Below, in pieces: positions 1-11,738 of a stretch of DNA of 64,000 nucleotides. Location of the stretch: NCBI GenBank assembly GCA_907165135.1, contig OU015566.1, forward strand, positions 3,348,001-3,412,000, written 5' to 3'. The translations under genes were made by a program, and so were the position numbers. This DNA comes from Oikopleura dioica (lineage: Eukaryota; Animalia; Chordata). The notes under the pieces are model-generated. The model did no database searches and was not told where the DNA came from. It worked only from the letters and a program-made list of their open reading frames with translations. Position 1 is the stretch's first letter. Each line of letters opens with the position of its first letter.

Positions 1-17
1 TCATCTTCACTTCACCC

Positions 18-2765
18 ATGGGTAAAGAGTCACTTTGGGCAGCGAACCCGCGCAACGAGCCCAGCTTCACTCTCGAGCAAATTGCTGAAGAAATAGCTGA
101 AGCAGAAAATGACTCCCCCGAAGATTGGAGCCTAGAGTCGAAGCCATTTCCCTTCAAACCGCTGCTCAGCCCAACAAAACTCCTGAAAAAAGATGCCTCA
201 GGCATGAGCGTAGAACCAAGCGTCAACATTACCGACTCAGAGACATTGGAGGAACTCCTGAAAGCCCTGAACATAGAGAAAGGCCCGTTAAGAATCTTGG
301 CCCGACGAGGAGACACACCAGCTTCAAAAGCCGCCCCAAAGCCTGACGAGAAGGGCAAACTCTATCCCACCAATGTGATGGAAGAATTTTCAAAATGGAA
401 CAAGCTGGCGAGCCAAGACTGGTTCCAAGCATGGGAAGACTCGGAAAATCAGAATGTCCTCAACAAGGGTTTTTGGCACCATGTCTGTCTCCGAGTAATC
501 ATGGAGGACAAAATCAAGGCTCAAGCAAATTACGAAAGACCTGAATTCCCGGATGAACACTGGCTCCAGAGACTCTTAAAAAAGGGACTGGAAGAAATCT
601 TCAACGGACTCAGTTGCACAGAAGCAGACGCAAACCCGGCGGAATTCTTTGACTCACTCAAACAAATGGAAGCGATCAACAGCGACTGGCGCGAGATCTG
701 CCACCAGGAGAACGCCTGGTTGACTCTCAAGAAATACGGTGAAACGAAATGGGCAAGAAAGGAACCAGCAAATAAAAACAGCTGGATTCTGGATGTTATT
801 GGTGAATTCAGACTCGAAGACTCCGAACAACCGGTTCAGACTCCATTATCAAAAATCCTCACGCCACTAGTACTTCACCTAGCTCACCGACAGATCTCAG
901 AAGACTCAGTCATAAGCCAAGACGGAAGCTGCGAGATTATGCTGACTCAGTGGCACATAGAATGGCTCGAGCTCAAAAACAAGAAATCGCTGAAAAAATG
1001 GATTGAAGCAGCAGCAAGAAAGGTTGTCCCCATCAACACAACCGCCAGAATCAAAGAAATTGGGGAAGGGGATTCACATTGGATAATGTGGATTCCATAC
1101 AAGGTGATTCCGCAACTGTGGGTCTTCAATATTGGGAAAGATCAAATCCACCGAAGGGAGAAATCATTGCTCTCACTAGCAGCTCACCCAGGACTCGCTC
1201 CGGAAGAATCAGAAGCGCTAAAGACTCTATCAGCCCAACCATGGACCGAAGAGAACGTCCGGAAATGCATCAGACAATTCCAAAAGCCCACCAGAAATTT
1301 CTACGCGTCAGGAAAAGCCTGCATTGTGGGAGTCAACCGCCCCTTCTCGACTCAAAAGGACATTCTCGAAATCATCGGGAAAATAGTCAGAGACACAAAA
1401 GCTTGCCCTCAGTCCCGCTCAATAGAGCACAACCTCGGAGTCCTGACAGCTGGATGGAACTGGACAAGTGGCAAAAGATTCAGCCCAAACTCGATTTTAA
1501 GATGCTTCATAGACAAATGGACTCAAAAGAGAGAAGAGATTTCCAAAGTGCCAAGACTCCAATTCCAGCGCGAAAAACTGGAAAAACGGAAAAGATCCTG
1601 CGAATGGCCGTTCTGCGGCGAAGCCGATGGAGATTCAGCCTGGTGCAGCAAACACCAGGAAGCACAGGAGATCAGAGAACTCAGACAGCCTCAATGCACG
1701 GAAAGCTGCATGTCCAGAAATGGGATGTTCCAAAAAGGACTCTCAGGAAAGCGTCTCGAGATCGGAATCTCCAGCGACGAGTGGCAACAAATCTATGTCA
1801 GACTCTCAGAAGCCTTCAAAACCCCTAACCTAGCAGACCTTGACGCTGAGCTCATCCAAACCATCCAGAACACCACTGTTCACGGTTTTGACTCAGTAAT
1901 AGAAGCATGGACATCGACAACGATCCTCTTCCAAGGGCAGAACGACTCTACAGCAAGCTTCAGAAAGCTCGAGGACTCCGAGAAATGGATAGCGAAAAGG
2001 CCACGTCAGGAGAAGCCAGAAGCGGCGGGAATCGTCATTTACCACGCTGGCCTTGCAAGATGCGGCAAAAAGTTTGACGCTTTCGTGGTAGGAAACAAAA
2101 CGGCCGGAAAGAATCGGCACTTGGAGAATCTAGCGAAGGAAATCTCCAAGAAATCAGGAGATAAATGGCTCGAAGTAGCAGAGCTGATCAGCGAGCACAC
2201 AAGATTCAAACACACGACTCTGCTCCTACCTTCATACGAAGACGCAAAAGAACTCCGACGGGCCTTGGTCGCCTGGGCAGCACCGTATGTTCGATTCGTT
2301 ACTCAGACTCTGGAAAAGGGCTTCTTATCGAACCTCAAAGGAGACCGAAATCAACGATATTCAGGATTCTGGGAAATCTTCTCAATGGCTTGCGATGGAG
2401 ACTATGAATCTAGAATCACACCTTGTTGGGGCCACCCAAGAGTGGCAGAATTCATGGCCAGAAGCTGCAACAACCTTGGGACAGCGAAAGAAGGAATCCA
2501 GAAAGTGGAAGGACTCAGAATCAGAGCCAACAGAACAACTTGGGAAGACGCGGAGTCAAAAAGACACAAACTAATGCCAAATACCCCTTTCTCGACTCAC
2601 CTCCGGGACATCTTGCTGGACGGAATCAGAGCCGGAGAAAACCTCGACATGGAAGGGAACGAACGAGCCGGAGCAGAAAATTTCTTCCCCAACGTCTGGA
2701 CTCAAACACAACAGACTCTCGAAGATCGGATGGCACGACTAGAGCTCCTTAAAGCCGACAACTAG
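18..2765 (+). CDS. 915-aa protein of unknown function within the element, with a putative C-x4-C-x9-C-x2-H zinc knuckle (CEWPFC...WCSKH); N-terminus may extend past the window edge
   Basis: Long uninterrupted ORF with the same composition and GACTC bias as the element core. The frame is open upstream of the ATG. No family recognised. Confidence 0.75.
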   Translation: MGKESLWAANPRNEPSFTLEQIAEEIAEAENDSPEDWSLESKPFPFKPLLSPTKLLKKDASGMSVEPSVNITDSETLEELLKALNIEKGPLRILARRGDTPASKAAPKPDEKGKLYPTNVMEEFSKWNKLASQDWFQAWEDSENQNVLNKGFWHHVCLRVIMEDKIKAQANYERPEFPDEHWLQRLLKKGLEEIFNGLSCTEADANPAEFFDSLKQMEAINSDWREICHQENAWLTLKKYGETKWARKEPANKNSWILDVIGEFRLEDSEQPVQTPLSKILTPLVLHLAHRQISEDSVISQDGSCEIMLTQWHIEWLELKNKKSLKKWIEAAARKVVPINTTARIKEIGEGDSHWIMWIPYKVIPQLWVFNIGKDQIHRREKSLLSLAAHPGLAPEESEALKTLSAQPWTEENVRKCIRQFQKPTRNFYASGKACIVGVNRPFSTQKDILEIIGKIVRDTKACPQSRSIEHNLGVLTAGWNWTSGKRFSPNSILRCFIDKWTQKREEISKVPRLQFQREKLEKRKRSCEWPFCGEADGDSAWCSKHQEAQEIRELRQPQCTESCMSRNGMFQKGLSGKRLEIGISSDEWQQIYVRLSEAFKTPNLADLDAELIQTIQNTTVHGFDSVIEAWTSTTILFQGQNDSTASFRKLEDSEKWIAKRPRQEKPEAAGIVIYHAGLARCGKKFDAFVVGNKTAGKNRHLENLAKEISKKSGDKWLEVAELISEHTRFKHTTLLLPSYEDAKELRRALVAWAAPYVRFVTQTLEKGFLSNLKGDRNQRYSGFWEIFSMACDGDYESRITPCWGHPRVAEFMARSCNNLGTAKEGIQKVEGLRIRANRTTWEDAESKRHKLMPNTPFSTHLRDILLDGIRAGENLDMEGNERAGAENFFPNVWTQTQQTLEDRMARLELLKADN

Positions 2766-3140
2766 ATTCAAATTCAGGAACGGACTCAAAGATAAAATAC
2801 TTTTAGCGTCAAAATAAATGAAAAATTGAGTCAAAATTAGCCACCCCAGCCAAAACACTAGAATCAAGGAACAGGTTTACATGAATCTACCGATTAAGGC
2901 AGCTGAGCGAGCCAAATTAAAAAAAAAGAGAAAAATCTTATTGTAAACCTTCAAAAACAGCCAAAAACCCTTCCTCCTCTTCTTCTGACTCCCTACTGCC
3001 ATCTTCTGGAGTCCACAAAACGCACAAAAAGAATCCATTCCAGGCCAGGTCCAAGATATTTAAGCATAAAGAGTCAAAATAGCATTTTAAAACAAGATCC
3101 GGGACCGTGGGAAAGTCTTTCCGCGACCCGAGAATCGGGG

Positions 3141-3170
3141 GCGCTGATTGGCTGGCGCGCGCGCCAATGG
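3141..3170 (+). promoter_or_regulatory. Candidate internal promoter: opposed CCAAT boxes around a GC-rich core
   Basis: gcgctgattggctggcgcgcgcgccaatgg lies in the gap between the 915-aa ORF and the next gene, about 250 bp before a TTTTTTTCAG acceptor and the ATG at 3412. Confidence 0.4.
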
Positions 3171-3411
3171 ACAAAGGACGGGATCAAAAGCCAAATTCTC
3201 AGAAATTTTTCCATTTTCAAAGAATCAAGGATTAAAATCCCAAGAAAAAGAGAATCTCAGACGCAAAAGAAGCCAAACCAAAAAGAAAAATTTAGCTTTC
3301 ATTTCTGACTCGAAAATTGTTTCTAGATTCCCTTCCATCCCAAATTCTCCTGGCGCCAAAAATTTTTCAAATCCCCAGACTCTAAAACGAAACTTTTTTT
3401 CAGACTCAGAA

Positions 3412-5916
3412 ATGCCAAGAGACGCAGAAAAAGTCCAGATGCCCAGCGGGGATGAACTAGAGAGACTCCGAAACGAAGCTGGAATCGTCCAAGACCCCAT
3501 CGGCGACGAAAACTTCTGGAGACAGAGAAAGTCGGCAATCAGATCCGACCCGGTGACGCAGAGACCGAACGAAAAGAAGGGCCGAATGCTCAACCGGATG
3601 AGACGCAGAATCGCAGACAGATTCACTGATCTGCTGGAACAGATTCTCGAAGGAAAGGGTCCTCTTAATTTCCCAAGAATATTTAAAATAAAAGAAAAAG
3701 CTTTGATTAAAAACTTCTTAAAGAAAAAGAAGGAAAAGAAATGACCCAAATTAAAGGATTCTCCGATCCAAACAGGCAGATGAGTCTCGACGGCTGGCAA
3801 CATGCGATCAACGGCGCTTCGAACGTTCTCTCGGATCTTATCCGAGAAGAAAACGGAAAGTTCAACGAAGACGACCAGAATCAGTCAGACGAGAGTCTTT
3901 TCTACGGATGCCTCAACACCGCCAAGACCACCATGGACATCCCACCGCTCCTCAACGTCGTCTACGTCGACAAAGACCGCCAGATTCCAGAAGGAAGACT
4001 CCCCGCCTACCAAGAGAGAGTCTCAGCTATCAAGGAATGGGTTCAAAAAAATTCTAGAACTAAAAAACAAGAAACTTAGTACGCCTAATAAAAGGAAAGA
4101 AAAAGAACCCGAAATAAAGTCCAGAGCGGATTTCCTGTTCAGGAAAGATAGACTCCCAAAAAGAGGCGAAGACTCCCTCGAGTCCTGGAAGGAGAAGCGA
4201 AGAGACGAGTACATCAAAGACGGAGTTCCAGAGGACATCGCCAGAGTCCTGACCCGTCGAGACTCAGGAGTCATCGGTTGGACGTCGAGACGAGATGGAA
4301 CCTGCCAGACCGACAGTGTGGACGCTCAGCAGGCCAAGACTCAGCAGACTCAGACCAACTCAGGGACTGGTTTTGAAAACCCGAAACAGAAATATAAGAC
4401 TCAAATCAGTCAAAACTTGACTTCATAAATTCGGAAATCAAACCATTCAAAGACTCAAAAGACTCCGAGACTCAAACCGAGATGTCCAGCACCTCGATGG
4501 CGACCCAAACATCAGCGCCTGCGACGGAAACTGGAACAATTAGCGACACAGACTCAGAAGATTCTTTCAACGCACGCTCAGATCCAAACCAGTTCTTCCC
4601 TCCAGGCTACCAACGAAATGTGGCGCTGACGGATCAAGACTCCGGCTCCGACTCCGACGACCAAGCGATCAGAGAGTCCGACGACGAGGGAGACAACCAG
4701 GACTGGAACCGACGCACCGATACCCTCTTCGCTTCAGCAGAAGAAGAGGCAGAGGCAAAAGAAAGAAGCGCGAGAATCGCCAAAGAAATGGAAGAACGCC
4801 AGGACCAGCCACTGTCGGACATCATCGAGGAGTCTGAAAGCCGATCGCTGGAAAGAATGGCTCAGAAAGAAGAGGCTGAAGCTCAGCGACGAACTCAGAA
4901 GGCGCGCATCGACAGACTCAAGCAAGAAGCAGAGGCAGAAGCCCAGAGAGCAGCGGACAAAGCCAGAGCCAAAGAAGCCTTGAAGATCCAGATGAAGAGA
5001 CAACTGGACGAGAACACCAGAATCCGCCGGGAATACGCCGAGCAAATCCAGCGCGAAAAAGAGGCGAAAGAAGCTCAAGAAAGACGCATGGCTCGAGACA
5101 AGGAGGCAGAAGAAAAACGACTCGCTGCGATCAAGGCTGCAGAAGAAAAAGTCCTCACAGAGCCGAGAATTGGAATCAGACTCGTCGCGGAGACCGGAGC
5201 CAAAGGCAACTACTACTACCTCTCGAAGAAGGAATCCAAGCTGATGGAAAGATCCGCAGGAAAGGGCCCTTAGACTCAAAACAGTAGACTTCAAATCTAA
5301 AAACTCTAAGAATCTAAATCCCAAACCAAAAGAAAAAAGTCTTTTCTCACAAAACTAACATATCAGGGCCCCTTTAAAAGTTCGAGACATGCTCGACAAC
5401 CGAAGCATCAGCAACTTCAACGAGGTCAAGCAAGCCTGGTTCAGCAGCACCGGACTCCAGAAGTTCAAAGACTCTCGACTCCCCGGCCACCGCCACTACA
5501 AATACAACAACAGAAGCAGCTGGGAAATCAAGGAGGGAACCACGGAATGGAGACTCGACCCAATCGACTACCTCACCAAAGAAGAAAGAGCTGTCATCCA
5601 TTATGTGGTGGAGTTTTTAAACTATGAAGGAATCAAACGAAGATTCAAAGAAGCCATAGGTAAGACACACAAAATATAGAAAAAAAAAAAAAGTAATAAC
5701 CAGCAAAATAAGAGTCATAAAAACTTATGCAAATCTTTAGACTCTGGACTCCTCAAGCCAAAGAAGCTGGACGTCATCCTTCTCTTCGCGTACAAAATCT
5801 GTGGAAGTAACCTGGTCCACTACATGCGCTTCATCTTCGTCCGACTCTACAAGCTCCACGAGATTCCCATCCCTCCAGTGCACTCCGACGCTGCACCAAG
5901 ACCACCCAGATACTAG
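3412..5916 (+). CDS. Spliced accessory protein of the element (acidic linker, long coiled coil, helical C-terminal domain); function unknown
   Basis: Frame-restoring GT-AG introns at 3659-3756, 4041-4119, 4370-4452 and 5660-5740 join ORFs 3148/3741/3802/4482 and 5389 to a final exon ending TAG at 5916. The junction at about 5260-5380 is unresolved (possibly a non-canonical donor), so this could be two genes. Confidence 0.6.
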
Positions 5917-6179
5917 AAGACTCAAGAATACAAACTGCCATGAAAAAAAAAACCTCATTGATAAAAAACTGTTAAACTGACTCTTACTTCCCACTGAAAA
6001 AAAAGACTCTTTCACATTTTTAAATCAAAATTGACAGAAGCTGTGCTTAATAAATTAACCCGATCTCACTAGAAGATCCTAGACTCTTTCTTGACTCCAA
6101 AATGAAGAGCATATTCAGAACCGAAAAAGAATAAATAATAAATACAAAGAAGCTTAAACTTTTTCGCTTTTCAGACGCA

Positions 6180-7648
6180 ATGGAATCGCAATATCTAACA
6201 CAAAAAGAAGCGCCTAATGCGCTAGAAATGCCATCGGATTCAGGGAGCGGCTACAAGAATCAATATTAAAATAAAAAGAAACTTAAAAAAGAGGCCAAAA
6301 AAGCCCTAAGCAGGCCTAAAAATCCTAAGCCAGTATAAAAGAGGATTCGAATGCGGAAGCACCCTCAGACGAACCATCCCAAGACTCATCCCCAGCAGCA
6401 GATGCAGGTGCAGCCGCGGGCGAAAACCCAGCGCAGATAGAACACTCAAGCGTCGACTTAGAGATGCTCAAAGGACTCGTCTGGGACATACAAAATAGTC
6501 TCAACACGAACGCAGCAGTCCCACCAAAAAGAATCCCATGCTACGGTTCGACTCTCGCCGAGAAATTGACGAACCTCGCAGCTGAAGCAACCAAGATCAT
6601 TGCAGAGTCACAGGAAGTGTCCAATAGCATCAGAAAGATTCTACAAGAAGCTGACAACGAGGGCCTCCAAGGGGCTCAAATGCTGGAAACCTTCCGCACT
6701 ATTGCCATACTGGCCCACAGCCCTTCGATTGGGATCAACCGCCGTCTAGCCTCAACCAACAAAGTCGACATAGAAAACATCCAAGACACGCTCGAACACA
6801 CAGTCAGACCCCTCGTCTCGGACCTTATGCGACAGGTTTATGAGAAAAGCGTCTATAACTCGGACGAAATCGCATTTTGGGCAAGAATGATGGAGCCATT
6901 AGAAAGAGACTCGATCTCCAAACCGGATCTCCTCAAATTGGAAGAGGGTGTGGCATGGATTCTCCTAAGACTCTGGGGAGAGCCGGCGGAGGCCATCTTC
7001 AGAATGATTCTAGCGCAATGTAAGCCCCCAGAAGAATCGAACTCTCGGATATCGCCAAGACTCACAATGGTGGCCCACATTTGGAACTGCAGATTCAAGA
7101 AGATGCTCGGACGCCCGCCGGCGGAAAGACGAGCTTCTTTTGCAAACGAGAGGCAACTGTGTGCAACAATAGCGAATGCGATCTTCGGAGAAATCCATTT
7201 CCAATTGACCAACACCAGATGCATCTTCCCAAGACTCCTCTCGAGTGCAGCCAGATCGGCCTGGACTCATTTGAACACAATCTTCGGGCCCGCGAACCCA
7301 CTTAGCCTAACGCTCAGAAATTTTCTAACGAACATTGACGCGAATCAAGATTACACTGCGTGGGACGCGATTGGCACGCTGCGCAAACTATGGCCGCATA
7401 GAGACGCAATTCCAGAGGCACAATACAAGACGCTGAACCTCAACGACATCGATAATCGGCTAGAAAAAGGACTCGAAGATCCGTCCTCACTCTACGGCAC
7501 CACGTACGAGAAGCTCTTCTGGAAAATTCCGATCCCAAGAAGCTATGAGTCTACCTACCCAGTCGCAGGACCCAAAAGAAAGAGACAAAAAACAGAAGAC
7601 GAAGAGCTGGAAGGAAATAGAGGCGGAAATGAAGATTCTCGCCAATAA
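6180..7648 (+). CDS. ORF1/gag-like protein overlapping the pol ORF
   Basis: 394-aa ORF whose frame is open back to 6329. ATG 6180 follows a TTTTCAG acceptor and can be joined by a tentative GC-AG intron at 6250-6329. Its 3' end overlaps the RT ORF by about 100 nt in another frame, as DIRS gag/pol do. The gag identity is positional only. Confidence 0.6.
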
Positions 7649-10061
7649 AGGAGTCTTCAACAGACAAAAAATCCCAATTATCTACCCTGTCACCATAAGC
7701 AACACAATCACAAATGGCCCAAAAACTTTACCAGAATGGAAAATCTACGAAACAGAACTGCTGCATAGAGTCATCAGAGTCTTAAACAACGAGGAAAAGC
7801 CAGATTGGGACAAATTAGCGCTGAAGAAAGAATCAGATTTCGTCTCAGGACTCTGGACACACAACAAAGACAACTGGAGGACACTTATCCATCAAATGCC
7901 AGAGAAAATACGGCCACTAATTTATCACTTTGTCCACGCGGGTGCCGACCTATTCCTGAACCTCAAACGGATCCCCCCGAAGAAACCGGAAAGATTCAAA
8001 CACAAAGAGCTGGTGACAATATGGAAGAGAAACGAAGCCAACACGGAAACTCTGAAAAAACTGGGTGGAAATTTTAAAACCTGGTACAATGATAGACTCA
8101 GACTCTCAAAATTCGTGCCACGCCCTTATGAGAAAATCGGTAAACGATTCAAGACTCTGTCCGTCCCGAGCCAAGAAGCAGTGAAAGAAAGGAACGAAGA
8201 AATCATCAACCAAATAACCGAGTGGTGCGACATGGGATCAATCTCAAGACTCACAGACTCGAAAAAATGCTGGATTCAGGCAGGATTTGTCCTCGTCGAC
8301 AAGCCAGGAAGGGAAACCAGAGTCTGCTGGAATGGTGGAGTCCTCAAGCCGCTCCAACTCTACACCTTTCCCTGCAAATTAGAAGGAGTCGGAGCAGCGA
8401 TTCAGATGCTAAAAAAGGGAGACCTACTCTTCAAATTCGACGATAAGAAGGGTAAGGAAACTCGGCCAAAAAATCTGTCAAATAACACCGAAGCCCTAAC
8501 CACATCTTAAGGTTTCCACCAGCTTCCGCTCAGCGAGGAAAGCAGGAAAATGGCATGCTTCGAATGGGGAGGCCAAGTCTTCAGAAACAACATCCTCGCC
8601 TTCGGAATCCCGGCAGCACCAGGAATCTATCAGCTCATGAATCTCTGCGGAGTCAACTTCCTAAGGAAAAATGGAGTCAGGATAACACTCTATCTAGATG
8701 ACAGACTCTTGGCAATCACACCAGACTCTGATAAAGAACGAAAAGAGCTCCTCACAGGCGAGAAAATAAGCAAAGAAGTCTGGGCTACAGTTGCGACTCT
8801 AGTGGCCCTTGGCGGATACGTCAACATAGCCAAGAGCACATTTACACCCACCCAGAGAATCGAATTCTTGGGTTTCATTCTGGACACAACCGAAGAAACT
8901 GTTGAAATACCGTTGCAAAGATGGGAAGCCCTCAAAACCCTTATGAAAGACGCAGAGGCCAAGAAAACGATCCAGACAAAAACGCTAGAAAGAATCAGAG
9001 GCACAATGGCGAGCATGGCAGAAGTACTGACAAACATGAGGATGCTTATTCGACAAACAACGATTCTCATCAGCCAGGCATTGAGAGAAGAAAAAGAAAC
9101 CTGCGCCCTATCAGAAGAGGTCAAAGAAGAATGGAGACTCTGGAGCCTGCTAGAAGAGAAAGGGCTCAAAAGACACTGGACAAATTTAAATCGCCAAGAG
9201 ACAGGCCTAATAATTTACACAGACGCATCCTCTCACGCGGGGGCCATCGTTATTGAGCAATGGAACTTAGAAGAAAGATTCGCTTGGGAACCAGATCTGG
9301 CAGACAAGCACATCGGGATCAAAGAGGCAGCGGCGATCCAATTCACTCTGGAATGGTACGGGCAGAAGCTGAAAGACAAAAGAATCCTATTTTTGTGCGA
9401 CAATGATAGTGTAGTCCAAGGTGTAATAGCCGGAAGCAAAGATCCGGAAATGAATAAGATTCTAGTCAGAATCTGGACTCTAGCGCAGCGCTCAAACATC
9501 GATATGAAAGTCGATTGGGTTAGCACCAAAAAACAACTTGCAGATGGCCCCTCAAGGAATTTAGACTCGCGAGAACAAAAACTAACGGCTGACGGATTCG
9601 CATATCTTCAATCTCACCTCTCGGACTCCTTGGACGTCGACGTGGCAGCAACGGTAAATTGCCTAAAGACTCGAACCAAATTATTTAACAAAATTCAGCC
9701 ACTGAACGCGAAATGCAGAGACTTCATCACGCGCAGAGAGACAAGAGGAGCTTTTGGAAAAGATTTCCTTAATTTCCCGATTCATGAGCTCATAGGAAGA
9801 AAGCTGTATGCATTCCCGCCTCCCAAAACAGCCCACAGATTCTATAACAGACTCGTAGAAATAGCCACGCCCTGGGCATTAGTTGTCCCCTGTTTCGAAT
9901 CAGAACCACTGGTAATCACAGAAGCCAGAATCAAGGGATACAGAATCTTCGACATCCCGGCTGACTCAATCCTCACCCCAGCAAAAGTTAAAACAGCCGA
10001 CGGCTACTGGAAAGTGGCATCTAACATCTCAACCATAAAAGTCGCCACAAACAGACTCTGA
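7545..10061 (+). CDS. DIRS-type pol: reverse transcriptase, RNase H and Dam-like N6-adenine methyltransferase domain, with 2 introns
   Basis: Removing 8452-8511 (GTAAGG...TTAAG) gives FKFDDKKG|FHQLPL, followed by LAFG..AAPGIY and LYLDD. RNase H motifs YTDAS, IKEAAAI, CDNDSV and LADGPSR are present. Removing 9654-9698 gives DVDVAAT|PLNAKC...GKDF...LYAFPPP...LVVP, the DIRS MT signature. Confidence 0.92.
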
Positions 10062-10244
10062 TATACCGATTCTGCCCCCTTTTCACACTCGACTCAAAAG
10101 GCCAGCAAGAATAGCCACTTCTGGCTCGTAGATTCTCCTAAAAAAAAAAACACCACTTACCCAACCTCACCACTATACCAAACTAGAAACAAAAGCCTTG
10201 GCGGTAACTCCTTCCTTTTTTCAGACTCGAAATCCTTGGAAAAA

Positions 10245-11577
10245 ATGTCGGATCAGACCAAGACTCTCTCCAAGCTGCTGGCGGACCACACCAAGCTCAC
10301 AGAGCAAGAGGCGAAGACACGAGCGGCAAGAGTCCAAATTTCAAAGGCCCAATTCTTCGAAATCGCTCAATCCAAGACGAGAACGGAAGAGGCGGACAGA
10401 CTTTTCATGGAAATCGAAGACATCAAGAAGGACATGTTGACTCACGACAAGTTCACCGACTCCCTCATCGTAAGTAGATGACTAGAATAAAATTCAAAAC
10501 CCTCACCGCTTTTTCATAGGCGGAAATCGCGGAACTAGAGGCCAACCGCGACAAGAGTCTTGCGATCAAGGAAAACGAGCCAAACGCCAAAAAACGGTCA
10601 GAAGAAGATAACAAATTCTACGACCGTTGGAATCCAGCGGAGTTGGAGTCGAAAATCCGCCGGCTGATTGCGGACAAGATGGAGCGATACAGCCTCAAGG
10701 GATCCATGTTCGCCCAGATCAAGGCTCGAGAGTCAAAAATCGCCGAACTATCTTCAGGCGGCTCGGAAACTTCGGCGGTCTTCAAAGAAGTCGACCCGCT
10801 CACAGGAGAAGAGTCTTATTTCATGGTAAGTCCAGAAATTCAAAGGAAAATAACAAATGCACGCATACCAATAAACAGAAATCTATACAATTCCACTCAA
10901 AACACGCTTCAGACTCAAATAGGCACAAGCAACCTGCCTCAGGACGACGGCGACTCTCTTCGGGAAATGGGCAAGGAATTCCGAGCTTTCGTCTCAGACG
11001 CGAAAAACCAGCGCACCTTCAAAAAGGACAAGCTCATGCGACTCCTGGGCAACTACAAAAGAGCCATGTCCCCAGAATACCCGGAGCGAGCAATCATCGA
11101 AAGCATCTTGGACGAACTGATCAGGATGCCCGATATGACTCGAAAAGACGCGCTGCTCTCACTCACGGTAAGACTCGTAAAATAGCAACCCTGCTTTTAA
11201 AGCGTCGCATTCAGCCGCTCATGCGCCCGAACGTCCGACACAGCTTCGATCGCGCACTCACGATGAACACCAACCACCATGTCTTCAAGAAAATGATCGG
11301 CAACCCCTGTGACGGCTCTGAAGACTGGCGGTCGGAAAAAGACTCGAAACCGGGTCGAGGACGCCGAGGTGGACACAATAACGGCGGTCAATCAAAAGCA
11401 AAAACTGACCACCAAGGTGACGGCCAAAAGGCCAAGGACGGAGACAACGAGACTCATTCCGGAGGCCGCGGGCGAGGCCGAGGCCGAGGCCGAGGTCGCG
11501 GAAGAGGCCGAGGCCGAGGAGGAGGAAATGCTGGTGGCGACACCAAGAAATTCCAAGATCAGGGTGGAGTCGAATAA
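10245..11577 (+). CDS. Spliced coiled-coil protein with an RG/RGG-rich C-terminal tail (second gag-like or nucleic-acid chaperone gene)
   Basis: ATG 10245 follows a TTTTTTCAG acceptor. Introns 10470-10519 and 11168-11202 (plus a tentative in-frame 10826-10912) link ORFs 10236, 10643 and 10627. It ends in GGRGRGRGRGRGRGRGRGGG...GGVE*. Confidence 0.7.
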
Positions 11578-11738
11578 AAATCACCACTGAAAGAAGCGCA
11601 ACAAGCCAGAAATCTCAAACTAGCCGACTATAGACTCTCAGCTTTTTAGGACTCTTAAAAAAAAAACTGCTTCAAATGCTTAAAATTCTCAGATAGCTCT
11701 TCAAAGGAAAGGTCTCAAATTTTCAATTCTTAAGAACC

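Noticed and set aside
1079-9529. Many overlapping alternative-frame and antisense ORFs in the element (e.g. 1079-1828, 4734-5324, 8690-9169)
   Set aside because: Best explained as shadow ORFs of long stop-poor coding regions. No motifs support them.
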